This document shows, one piece after another, positions 26,592 to 37,167 of a DNA stretch of 63,823 bases (position 1 is its first letter; every line of letters starts with the position of its first letter). The notes under the pieces were generated by a model. It ran no database searches. It saw only the letters and a list, made by a program, of their open reading frames with translations, and had not been told where the DNA came from. Made by a program: the position numbers and the translations under genes. The stretch comes from Chiloscyllium plagiosum. Its lineage: Eukaryota. Location of the stretch: the NCBI RefSeq assembly GCF_004010195.1, contig NC_057753.1, positions 535,776 to 599,598 on the forward strand, written 5' to 3'.

Positions 26592-26654
26592 GTCAACGTG
26601 ATTGGTTTCTCGCTCCACAGATGCAAATGAGCAGAGTCTCCCGTGGTTTATAAG
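26592..26654 (+). promoter_or_regulatory. IgNAR V promoter: reverse CCAAT, perfect octamer and TATA box
   Basis: ATTGG 26601-26605; ATGCAAAT 26621-26628, overlapping E-box CAGATG 26618-26623; TATAA 26649-26653, ~90 bp upstream of the leader ATG. Same layout as tetrapod IgVH promoters. Confidence 0.75.
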
Positions 26655-26742
26655 GTCGGTGCTCCGACACACACTGTTACACAGAACAGTTTTAATTCCA
26701 GCATTGACTGCGTATGAAGTTCTAATTGTTGGTGCAGAAACA

Positions 26743-26785
26743 ATGAATATTTTCTTGTTTTCGTGCCTTTTAGCCTGGTTACCAA
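26743..26785 (+). CDS. IgNAR: IgNAR leader (signal peptide) exon 1, MNIFLFSCLLAWLP
   Basis: ATG in acaATG context at 26743; hydrophobic peptide typical of IgNAR leaders; phase-1 donor A|GTAAGT at 26785/26786; a 126-bp intron splices in frame to V. Confidence 0.95.
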
Positions 26786-26911
26786 GTAAGTACGGTTTCT
26801 TATAGATGTTACGCATATAAGGACCATGTTTATATTATTGAAATGTCCTTGTCTGAAACTCTCCCGATGAGAAATAAATGTCATGTATTAAATATATTTT
26901 TCTCCGCACAG

Positions 26912-27181
26912 ATGTCTTTACTCAATGGGTTGAACAAACACCGACAACGACAACAAAGGAGGCAGGCGAATCACTGACCATCAATTGCGTCCTAAAAGGT
27001 TCCAGCTATGCATTGTGTAACACGTACTGGTATTTCACAAAAAAGGGCGCTACAAAGAAGGAGAGCTTATCAAATGGCGGACGATACGCGGAAACAGTGA
27101 ACAAGGCATCAAAGTCCTTTTCTTTGCGAATTAGTGACCTAAGAGTTGAAGACAGTGGTACATATCACTGTAAAGCGTATA
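26912..27181 (+). CDS. IgNAR: IgNAR V segment (VNAR, type II-like), germline
   Basis: Acceptor tttttctccgcacag| at 26911. Encodes (N)[89 protein letters not shown]: canonical Cys/Trp/Cys, short FR2-CDR2 region diagnostic of VNAR, extra Cys in CDR1; followed by an RSS. Confidence 0.97.
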
Positions 27182-27219
27182 CACAATGATAAACCTGATC
27201 TTCCACCAATACAAAAACA
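27182..27219 (+). other. V 3' recombination signal sequence (22-bp spacer, 23-type)
   Basis: CACAATG (27182-27188), 22 nt, ACAAAAACA (27211-27219). Confidence 0.93.
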
Positions 27220-27420
27220 CCTTCAGATCTTCCGTGAAGCAAATTTGCCTTGTTTTGTCTTGTCAACGTTCAACATGCACTTTGAGGCCACTGTTCATGA
27301 AACAGAATAGCAGGAGTCAAGTTCTAAAAGATACTTAACAAAATTCAGCAGGGAAATTCAGAGAAGGCGCACTTGGATATTCAGTGCAGTTGTTTGAACT
27401 TACAGTAATGTGCGAGCATT

Positions 27421-27501
27421 TATTTTTGCACTGGGATGTATCACTGTGTACAGCTGGTTGACCACAGCAATCAATAACTCGACGTCTGTAATACAGAAAC
27501 T
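27421..27501 (+). other. IgNAR: IgNAR D1 segment (TACAGCTGGTTGAC, 27449-27462) with 5' 12-RSS and 3' 23-RSS
   Basis: TATTTTTGC-12-CACTGTG | D | CACAGCA-23-ACAGAAACT. Frames: YSWL / TAG* / QLVD. Confidence 0.92.
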
Positions 27502-27690
27502 ACCAGCACACATTGTTATCAGAACCGCAAACACTTTGATTTATTGGTTATCTGGATGGCCAGCTATTCCGGAGTTTGGATGGATATCAAATTTGGTTTT
27601 CTGAAATAAATGTGAGAAGGTGCACATTGGTAGGAATCCAGATTGCAGTTTGTGCATCGACTTGGTGTTTTTGTATGAATGGCAATGGGA

Positions 27691-27768
27691 AGTTTTTGCA
27701 TTGCTGTGTGTGACTGTGTTACTGTTATACCACAGTGACTAATCTGTGATTCCCGCAATACAGAAACG
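27691..27768 (+). other. IgNAR: IgNAR D2 segment (TTACTGTTATAC, 27719-27730) with 5' 12-RSS and 3' 22-RSS
   Basis: AGTTTTTGC-12-GACTGTG | D | CACAGTG-22-ACAGAAACG. Frames: LLLY / YCY / TVI. Confidence 0.92.
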
Positions 27769-28093
27769 TCCTGCCACATGTGAATCCACTGCTCATATAA
27801 ATTATTATCTGCATGCTTAAGTACCTCATACTGAAATATTTCTTGCAACTTTTAGGGCCTGGCAACTGCTATAGACCGATTTTCATACTCCTTTAGCTGA
27901 TTATTATGCGACTGTTAAAATCATGTTCAGAAAGCAATATAGATAAGTATTCACTATTTGAAGAGTGGCTGAGAATTATAAACGTGACTGGGAATACAAT
28001 ATATAAAGGGAGTGATTTGCGTCACACTTGCTGGATCAATCAATCAATATCTTGGAGCATTTGAAGAATCTTCACTTATATTTGCAACAATGG

Positions 28094-28161
28094 ATTTCTT
28101 GTGCTGGTGTGAAACAATGTGTAGCTGGAATTGCACAGTGACACAAGCCAGAGCACAAACC
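28094..28161 (+). other. IgNAR: IgNAR D3 segment (TAGCTGGAATTG, 28122-28133) with 12-RSS on both sides
   Basis: ATTTCTTGT-12-CAATGTG | D | CACAGTG-12-GCACAAACC. Frames: *LEL / SWN / AGI. Confidence 0.9.
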
Positions 28162-28476
28162 TCTCGGACAGTTATTCCTTTTTTTGCTTCTGGTGAACAT
28201 GATTCCATAATCAACTTTCTGTCATGAATGCTGCTTCATAGAGTTAACATCAATTCCAATTCGTTCCATTATGGAATTGTATACAAGTTTCACGTTGGTT
28301 ATAGATCAGCATGCTAACGTTTCCAATGTCACCCAAACTAGCATTGGAGATAGTGGGTATATGAATGGATTTAAATTGTTAACAAATGAAGATTTGTTAA
28401 TGCTGTGAATATATATGGAAAATAGTGGTGAGGATTTGTTTTGGTATATTGATTATAGGACTTCTGCTTCACTGAC

Positions 28477-28515
28477 ACTTTTTGCATGGCGTTGAATGGG
28501 AGCTGATGGACTGTG
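28477..28515 (+). other. J 5' recombination signal sequence (23-bp spacer)
   Basis: ACTTTTTGC (28477-28485), 23 nt, GACTGTG (28509-28515). Confidence 0.9.
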
Positions 28516-28560
28516 ATGACTATTATGAAGGAGGCGGCACCATTCTGACTGTGAAACCTG
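28516..28560 (+). CDS. IgNAR: IgNAR J segment, DYYEGGGTILTVKP(G)
   Basis: GxGT FR4 motif (EGGGT); phase-1 donor G|GTAAGT at 28560/28561; preceded by the 23-RSS. Confidence 0.96.
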
Positions 28561-29754
28561 GTAAGTGACCCTTTTGCTACTTATCGCTACGATTTTGCAG
28601 TTTAGTTATTTAAAAAAAAGTTTTCTCATTAAAACAGGCTCAACTGCACAACGTGAGAGTCAGAACATTTTCTAATCGACATATGTTGCGTACTATAATT
28701 TATGCGTCTTCCATTTCAAACTCATTTGCAGATTTTGTTTGAGTCAATTTATGCTAATATACAAATATAGACGTAAATGTAGCTGAGAACAAGCCAATAC
28801 AGTATCTAAATGTTTAACTTGCTTGGCATAGAGTATGTAAGATTTTATTTGCGTAGATGATGGCTTTCGCTGTTTACGCAGGAAACTGCCCACGATGTGA
28901 AGCTGTACTAAGGCATGCCAGTGTGCCAATGGTATGCAAAACTTCTAATCTGAACAACTAATGCAAGTCTAGATTGAGGAAAACTTGCTGCTAACATTAA
29001 TGTTTTGGATTGTGTCCAAAATCAATGTTTCGAAAAACAAGCCTCATTATTTAACATAATTTCGATTACATTAACATTATCACAAAATCAGCAAATGGAC
29101 CGTCCAATTTTGAAACTGGAACAATTGTAGCTCACCAAACGTGGGCTTGGTAAAGGTTGATTGGAGCTGAAGTTCGTCTGCTCCATTTCCACAAAATAGT
29201 GAATAATTGTGCACTGATTTTACCAGTGCCCTATTTCAGACAACTAGTGGAGAGTAATTTCACTGTAATTTAGCACGAATCCAGATTATCTGAAACATGC
29301 TCTCCCAGGTACATGTCCATCTGTGGGTCGAAGTTTGTTGTGTTTAAGAGGGGGTCGAATATTTGAGAATTTTGAACCCACTATGGCTTTAGTGTAAAAT
29401 GTTTACTTGACATTAAAGTGGAAAACAGGTAGCCGATCTGTACGATATTAATTCCTAAAGTAGAATATTCTTTGCCTTACTGATAATATTCATTGCTGTC
29501 CGATTGAATTCTTTTAACCACATCAAGCAACCTGTCTAAATAGTCTTTTGCCTTGCCCTCATGGATCCTCAGGACATCATACCTAACGAAATAGGATCAA
29601 TAAGTCGATGTGTGCACTACAGCATTGCTTTTGTGATGCAGTCACCTTGCTGTCGTATTCTTGGACAGGTATTTACGAGTGCAGGGAATAATAGGGGAAT
29701 CCCAAATCAGTAGTTCACAATTGACAACAACTAACAAAAAAAAAGGTCAGAAAT

Positions 29755-29882
29755 CAGGCTTCACCTGACAAAGGGGCAGAGATAAGAAAGTTTGTGATTT
29801 AAAAAGAAGACCTGTTTGACTATAACCTGATGTCGTGTGACTTTTGACCTTGTCCACCCAGTTCAACACAGGCACCTCCAAA
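29755..29882 (+). mobile_element. Penelope-derived terminus (same family as 930-1016)
   Basis: CACCTGACAAAGGGGCAG...GAAAGTTTGTG...GACTATAACCTGATGTCGTGTGACTTTTGAC. Confidence 0.65.
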
Positions 29883-30679
29883 TATAAAAAAAAATGCAGC
29901 TTTGCCGTGGTATCAATCCCACAACAGGAAGCATTCACTCTGCTAAACAACTTCTGCAATTTGGGCATTCTTAGACTAATGTGTGAACATAGAAAATGAT
30001 TTTAGTGCATCTAGAGGGTGCGTAGAATAGTTTGCCCAGGCAGAAGGTACTGTCATTTTAACTGAAAAGGATTAACACTTTCCACTGCGATATTGTTCGT
30101 GTCGTGGTAAATTTCCAGAAAATAGCTCTGTCTCTTTGAATTGGGTGCGTTTATGCCATGCAAATTTAATTATTTTACCTGATATTTTTTCACGCCAATG
30201 AAAAGTTTTTTTTATGCCATGTCACGTTTCTCTACAATAACTAAAAACTTTACACATTTTATTATTTTGTTATCTATTATACAAGTCTGTGTAAATTTAT
30301 TTTGACTCATACATTAATAGGACTATGTTTGCCACTACAGTGATCACTTACTCTACTTCGGAAACTTCTTCTAGGCCAAAACTACCAGACTCTGTTATTT
30401 TGCCTGCAAAAGGCTAAAATATGTGTTAAAGCAAAATTGCTAAACTTTTTTACCCAAATTCAAATCTGGCCGGGACAATCTGAGAAATTAACTGTTCTCC
30501 ACCTTCCCGTAAGGGGAATTATGCAGTGAATTTTGGGGGACAACAGATCAGCTGGGATGACTACCAAATTATATTAATCTGAAGAATAACCATCCGAATG
30601 AAACACGGAAATTCAGTAAATTGGCGTCACAGAAGACCAGACCTTTTGAAATTACTCCAACATAATTAAGACAGAATGA

Positions 30680-30985
30680 CTACAGTGTGTAAGCAGGTGA
30701 TTCGGCCCAAAAAGTTGATACTGACCCTTTCATGAGTAACCCACCCAACACTCTACATTTACACCTGACCTACACACCGCTGAACTCTATGGGCAATTTA
30801 CTGCAGCTAATTGACCTAACCCGTAGATCGTCAGACCGTGGGAGTAAAGTGGAGCACCCAGAGGAAACCCATGCAGACACGGGGCGAATTTACAAACGCC
30901 ACACAGACAGTCGCCAAAGACTGGATCTAAATCTTTATCCTGCGTATGGCGAGGCAACAGTGCTAACCACTGAGCCACCATGACA
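30680..30985 (-). mobile_element. HE1/V-SINE-type SINE
   Basis: Reverse complement of the 23213 element (GGAGCACCCAGAGGAAACCCATGCAGACACGGGG...GTGCTAACCACTGAGCCACC). Confidence 0.9.
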
Positions 30986-31574
30986 TCCGACCATCTGTCC
31001 GTCCATCCATGATGAATCAGTTAACTCAATCTCTGTATCCGGGTTCTCTGAAGCTGTTTCATCCATTTGCCCTAAATATATTTTTGAATTGGTCTCAAAA
31101 ACCATCAATGGTTTGACCTCAACAGTTTTCTCTGACAGAGAATCTCATCGGTTCACCCGTCTCCTGGTGAACAAATTTCTCATGATCTTATTAGAATTTT
31201 GTGACTATCTATGAGCGTCCCCTCATGCTTTTGCTCTCCAGTGAATATGGTCCGATTGAATTTAGTCTCTATGAACAGATCAGTCCTGTTGACCCAAGAA
31301 TTAGTTTGGTACTCAGTATGGTCAGATGAACTCTATGCATAAAGGAAAATAATGTACACATATGGTTATGAAAAAAAAGTTTCAGAGTTTCAAGAATTTC
31401 ATCATCAATGCAGAAAAGTCAATTGGAGATAGGACACGTTCTAGTAGGACAGAGAAAGGCTCAGTGAGACAATTATTTGGCTTAGGTAATTTGTTCCCAC
31501 CTGAAATCCTCCAAAAACAATTATTTTCCTCCCTGCTTGAACAACACTAATTTTTTATGCATGCTATTTTACCT

Positions 31575-31800
31575 GGGGGATTGGATTACCCCAGTTGGCT
31601 CAATTGTTGGTTTGTAGAGCAATGTGATACCAGCAGCATGGGTTCAATTCCCATTTTTGGTTTGAGGTTATCATAAAGGACTCTCCTTCTCAGCCACGTC
31701 CATCCCCTGAGATGTGATGGCCCTCAGGTTAAATCACCAACAGTCATTTCCCTCTCATGAGACAGCAGCCCCTGTGGTCTGGTAAGAGTATGCTGTCTCA
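31575..31800 (+). mobile_element. tRNA-derived SINE (different family)
   Basis: A-box-like TGGCTCAATTG, B box GGTTCAATTCC, and a body unlike HE1. Confidence 0.55.
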
Positions 31801-32599
31801 GCCAATAACTTCATTTCTTTCAGTTAGTAGTGTCTTTGGGCATTCCATGGAATGCTGAGATGATGAAAACCGAGGTTCAAATGTATTTAACTGAAATAGA
31901 CGAAAGAGATTTTCTGGTTTACTTTGACATTTGTTTTCTCTAACTGTAAACATTGAAAAAAAAACAATTGGATACTGTCTATGCCAGTTTCTTTGACATG
32001 AAAAATGTTTTTTAATATTCCAAGTTTCCCAGCAGTATGAAGTTAATATCGACATTAATGGATATCTTCTAGCTAATTAGTGTCACTTGTTCGAACTTGT
32101 TATTTCATTGCTACGTCTGTCAGTATTTACAGAGTTCTGTCATTTTTATAGTTCTGCCAAATATTAATCACCGTAATGCACCAGTGTGTCTGGGAAGTAT
32201 CCATTATTTCGTGGAAATTCCTTTCCTTTCCATTAATTCTGGGAATTCTACTTTTATTATGAATCTTGCATGACTAAAGCCCATCTGTTTAATAGATTTG
32301 TTTTTAAAAAAAGGGATATGGGCTTCGCCAACTGAGGCAGCTTTCTTTTCGTTTCAACAAAGTCAGGGTACAATGCACTTCACCCTATAAAATATGGTGT
32401 AAACCTGACTATGTTCTTCATTATGATTTCGCAATGTTATTGTAGTTATTGGCAAGTTGTACCAAACCCATCGTTCGGTCCGACATGCAGTTTTATAATT
32501 AAAAGTTACAACCTCTTGCTGCTCCACAGGGTTCATTAATTCTGCCTTTCCTTGAATGTCTTTCATATTACTGGGAAATTGTATCCTAACTTCACCTGA

Positions 32600-34680
32600 T
32601 TTACATTAATAGACTACATTAATCATGGCATATCCACGTACATATGCAGCATTCAAGTATCGATTCCGTCAGGAGGGCTGGAAAGCCATTCCGACAAAGG
32701 CAATTTTTCATTCCAGGGAATTGTCAGGTAACCCTTTCCTGAACGGCCTCTGATGCATTTACATCTCATGTAACTGAGATGACCAATCAGACGCACCACA
32801 CAGTCCAGGAGGAATCTTTTATGTACCTGGTTTATCTGGAAAAAAAAAGCTTCTGCACATTCCCGTCCAGTTTCCCATTTGATAAATGATATCATTGTTT
32901 TAGTTTCCTTAATTATTTGCTGGCCAGATGTGCTAACGTCAAGTGATCCATCCTTTTGGACACCATCATCTTTCTGCAACTCAGAGTTGCACAAAATGTC
33001 ATCATTTTGATTGTTCTTTTCAATTCCTCTTGCTAGATATTCATCCCTTTCACCAAATAACTACATTGCACGTCATTTTCCGTGTTCTTATTCACACGTG
33101 TCAAGATATTCTTGTAGTTTAATTGGGCCCTCTGATGACTTAATGCCTCTTTTTATTTTTGAGAGCTTGTTATGTTTTGCAAACGGAGCATGTTCCACTT
33201 AATCCAACACATAAATTACGAACAGTTGCAATTCCTCTGGCACACCACTTGCCAACCTTAGGATTACTCCTGCACACCTACTGTCAATTTCAGCTATTCT
33301 CCTGTCCATTTCAGTATTGTACAGTCCTCTGTCTTTCATTATCCACTATCACCTTTGATTTGGCATTTTATTGAATATTTACGGGAAATCAACACGCACG
33401 GCAACCGACGATTCCCCTTTTATCCAGTAGATTTCTTAAACATGATTTCCCGTTCATAAAGCCGTGATTTTTTTTGAACTTGTCCAGTTGCACCTTATTT
33501 TAAACAGCTTCTAATATTGCAAACTGACTTGTGCCATTTCTTGCTCGCTGTCTCAAACTGTTTTGATAAACTTATTAAATGTGATGCGTTGCAATCTAAA
33601 GGGCCTTCCCAGCATTGGAGATGATCTGCAACAGTCAACACAAAATGTCAGTTATTTGAATGACATTTTCACTTTGGACGCAGGGATAATGTCACGAGGG
33701 GACAGGCAGGTCTCGGCCCGCAGCTGCAACTATTTATGCAGGACCGTTTCTCTGTTGCATGTCATTTCCCTGCTTTTGCCCTTCCTTTGATTTGCCGATT
33801 CGAGAAAGCTGCTTGTATTCTCTTTCATGAAAATTGTTGGAAAATGAGTGTTCTATTTATTTCTTCTCTGCTGCGTTTGACAGCATGATTTTTCAAACAT
33901 TCATTTCTTGCATGACTAACGTTCACTTTGTAAATTATTTTATTTTCGAAATAGTTACAGGACCTCGTCCTCTCTCTTTTTTTAACTCACTGGTTAGCTT
34001 CCTATCATATTCTGATGATTCAATCTTTTTTTCTTAATTTTCAGACATTTCGTTTCCGAACATTTTAATATTCTGTCTAATTTTCTGACTTAACACCTGT
34101 TTATCCACAGTCACATACGTTTTCCTTAATGTAGATATTATCTTAAACCACAGAAAGCAGTTCTGAACCTTGGAATATTGCTTACTCTTTGGAATGCACC
34201 TGTTTAAGTGATCTGAAATGTCTCCTTAGATGTTTGCCACTTTATCATGATTGAATTCTCCTCCATCTGATTTTCCAGTTCACTTCAGCCAGCTCTGATT
34301 TCGTGCCGACAGAATGTGGTGTTTATTTTTAAAAAAAAGTTGTCTATCTCTCAAATTGATTATATCATGCAATGGAGGTAATGTTGCTGATCCCTGTGGG
34401 CGCCTTTGCAATGAAATAATGAGTTAATCCGATCTCATTCCACCATTGCAGGATGTTCAACAGAGGCTGAAAACTTGCGATTCGAATGAATGATTGCCAG
34501 ATCTATTTTTATGAGCTCCACACGTGGGCTGTCTTTACACATCTAACTTTCACAGTTATTTTACAGATAATAGCTCGCATAATGATTTTCGTGATTTTCT
34601 TACAAGCTGTCGCAATGTCTTCCTTTATGCTCTCCCTATTGTATTGTTACACATGGTGACCCAAACAATGCTTTAGGATC
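32600..34680 (-). mobile_element. Highly decayed CR1
   Basis: Patchy reverse similarity to CR1 RT and endonuclease sequence. Confidence 0.5.
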
Positions 34681-34979
34681 TGGGCAGCAGAGTTCAGATC
34701 AGATTTACTTGAAAGATTTTGGAGATGGGATCCCAGCATTGAGAATTGCAGAATAATCTAGAATACCTTTGAAGAGCTTGGAATTTCTGGTCACAGGTCA
34801 GCTGAGATATTTTCGAGAGTGTAGTTGATTTGATGGAACAAGCAGGTGGTCCTGCTGATGGCTGCATTAAGTATTCTGGTGACTATAACAAGGTCACGAG
34901 TAAACACCAACTTGTGAACAGTGTGGTCAGCTGGTTGCCATTGGTGACAACAGCTTTTGTGTAGAACATATTTGTTCAG

Positions 34980-37167
34980 GTTAACGATGGAAAGGGCCAG
35001 GAGTCATCTATGGGGGTGAAACAATTTTGATGCGATTAGGCAAGAATTAGGACGCATAGGATGGGGAAGGAAACTGCAGAGGACCAGCACAATTGAAATG
35101 TGGAGCTTATTCAAGGAACAGCTACTGTGCATCCTTGTTAATTATATACACGTCAGGCAGACGGAAGTTGTCGGGCGAGGCAGCCGTGGTTTAGTAACGA
35201 ATTTGAGTCTCTTGTCAAGACAAAGAAGAAGGCTTATGTTGGGATGAGACGTGAAGTCTCAGTTAGAACACTTGCGAGTTACAAGTTAGCCAGGAAAGAC
35301 ATAAAGAGGGAGCTAAGAAGAACCAGGAGGGTACATGAGAGGTCATTGGCGGATGGAATCAAGGAAAACCCTGAGGCTATCTTTCGGTATATCAGGAATA
35401 AAAGAGTGACTAGAGTAAGATTAATGGCAATCAAAGGTAGTAGTGGGAAGTTGTGCGTGGAGTCAGAAGAAAAAGCGAGGAATGGCTAAATGAATCTTTT
35501 TCGTCAGTATTCACACTGGGAAAATACTATGTTGTTGAGGAGAATGCAGAGATACAGGCCACTATACTAGATGGGATTGAGGTTCACAAAGAGGAGGTGT
35601 TTGCAATTCTGGAAAGTTTGAAAATAGATAAGTCCACTGGGCCGGATGGGATTTATCCTCGGATTCCCTGGGAAGCCGGAGAAGGGATTGAAAAGCCTTT
35701 GGCTTTGATCCTGGTGTCTTAACTATCTACAGGAATAGTGCCAGAAGACTGGAAAATAGCAAATGTTGTTCCCTTGTTCAAGAAGGTGAGTACAGTCAAC
35801 TCAGGTAATTATAGAGCAGTGAGCCTTACTTCGTTTATGGGTGAAATGTTGGAAAAGATGATAAGAGATAGAATGTATAATCATCTGGAGAGGATGAAGT
35901 TCATTAGGGACAGTAGACACAGTTTTGTGAAGGGTAGGACGTGTCTCACAAGCCTTACTGAGCTCTTTGAGAAGGTGACCAAACAAGTGGATGAGGATAA
36001 AGCGTTTGATTTGGTGTTTATGGATTTCAGTAAGGTACTTGATAAGGTACCCCACGGGAGGCTATTTAAGAAAATACAGAAGCTCGGGATTGATGGTAAT
36101 CTAGTGATTTCCATAAGAAATTGGCCAGATGAAAAAAGACAGAGGTTGGTGGTTATGAGAAATGTTCATGCTGGAGTTTAGTTAATAGTCTTGTATCACG
36201 AGGATCTATTTTGGAGGCACTGCTGTTTGTCATTTTTATAAATGACCTGGACGAGGGCGCAGAAGGATGGTTAGTAAGTTTGCGAATGAAACTAAGGTTG
36301 GTTGTGGATAGTGATTAAGGATGTTGTGGATTACATAGAGACATAGATAAGCTGCCGAACTGGGCTGAGAGATGGAAAATTGAATATAATGCGGAAAAGC
36401 GTGAGGTGATTCACTTTGGAAGGAGTGACAGGAATGCAGAGCACTGTGTTAATAGCAATATTTTTGGTCGTGTGGATGCACAGAGAGATCTCGGTATCCA
36501 TGTCCGTACATCTCTGAAAGTTATCAACCAGGTTGATAGGTTTGTTAAGAAGGCATACGGTGTATTAACTTTTATTAGTGGAGGGATTGAGTTTCGGAGC
36601 CATGAAATTATGCTGCATCTGTGTAAAACTCTGCTGCGGCCGCACTTGGGAGTACTGTGCAGAGTTATGTTCACTACATTCTAAGAAGGATTGAAAAGGT
36701 TCAGAGGAGATTTATTAGGATGTTGCCTGGTATGGAAGGAAGATCTTACGAGGGAAGGCTGAGGGACTTGTGGTTGTTTTCGCTAGAGAGAAGAAGGTTG
36801 AGAGGTGCTTAATTGAGACATATATGATAATCAGAGGGTTAGATAGGGCGAATAGTGAGAGCCTTTTTCCTCGGATGGTGACGGCAAGCACAAGGGGACA
36901 TAACTTTACATTGAGGAGTGATAGGTAAAGGACAGATTTCAAAGATATTTTCATTATTCAGTGAATAGTAGGGGCATGAAACGGCCTGCGTGCAACAGTA
37001 GTAGAATTGCCAAGGTTAAGGACATTTAAATGGTCATTGGATCGGCATACGAATGAAAGTGGAATAATGTAGGTTAGATGGACTTCAGAATAGTTTCACA
37101 GGTCGGTGCAACATCGAGGGCTGAAGGGCCTGTATTGCACTGTAATGTTCCATATTCTATGCTCTAT
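34980..37167 (+). mobile_element. CR1-type LINE, ~2.2 kb, 5'-truncated
   Basis: KSTGPDGIYPRI, EDWKIANVVPLFKK, GNYRAVSLTS, DFSKVLDKVPH motifs; tail TGTAATGTTCCATATTCTATG. Confidence 0.95.

Noticed and set aside
27166-27172. CACTGTA embedded heptamer at the V FR3 Cys (V-replacement signal)
   Set aside because: Lacks the required GTG end and a spaced nonamer; there is also only one V in the cluster.
27666-27690. Extra TGTTTTTGT nonamer upstream of D2 suggesting a fourth D
   Set aside because: No heptamer at a 12/23 distance and no 3' RSS.
28547-28553. Second GACTGTG inside J
   Set aside because: Explained by the LTV codons; no nonamer at the correct spacing.
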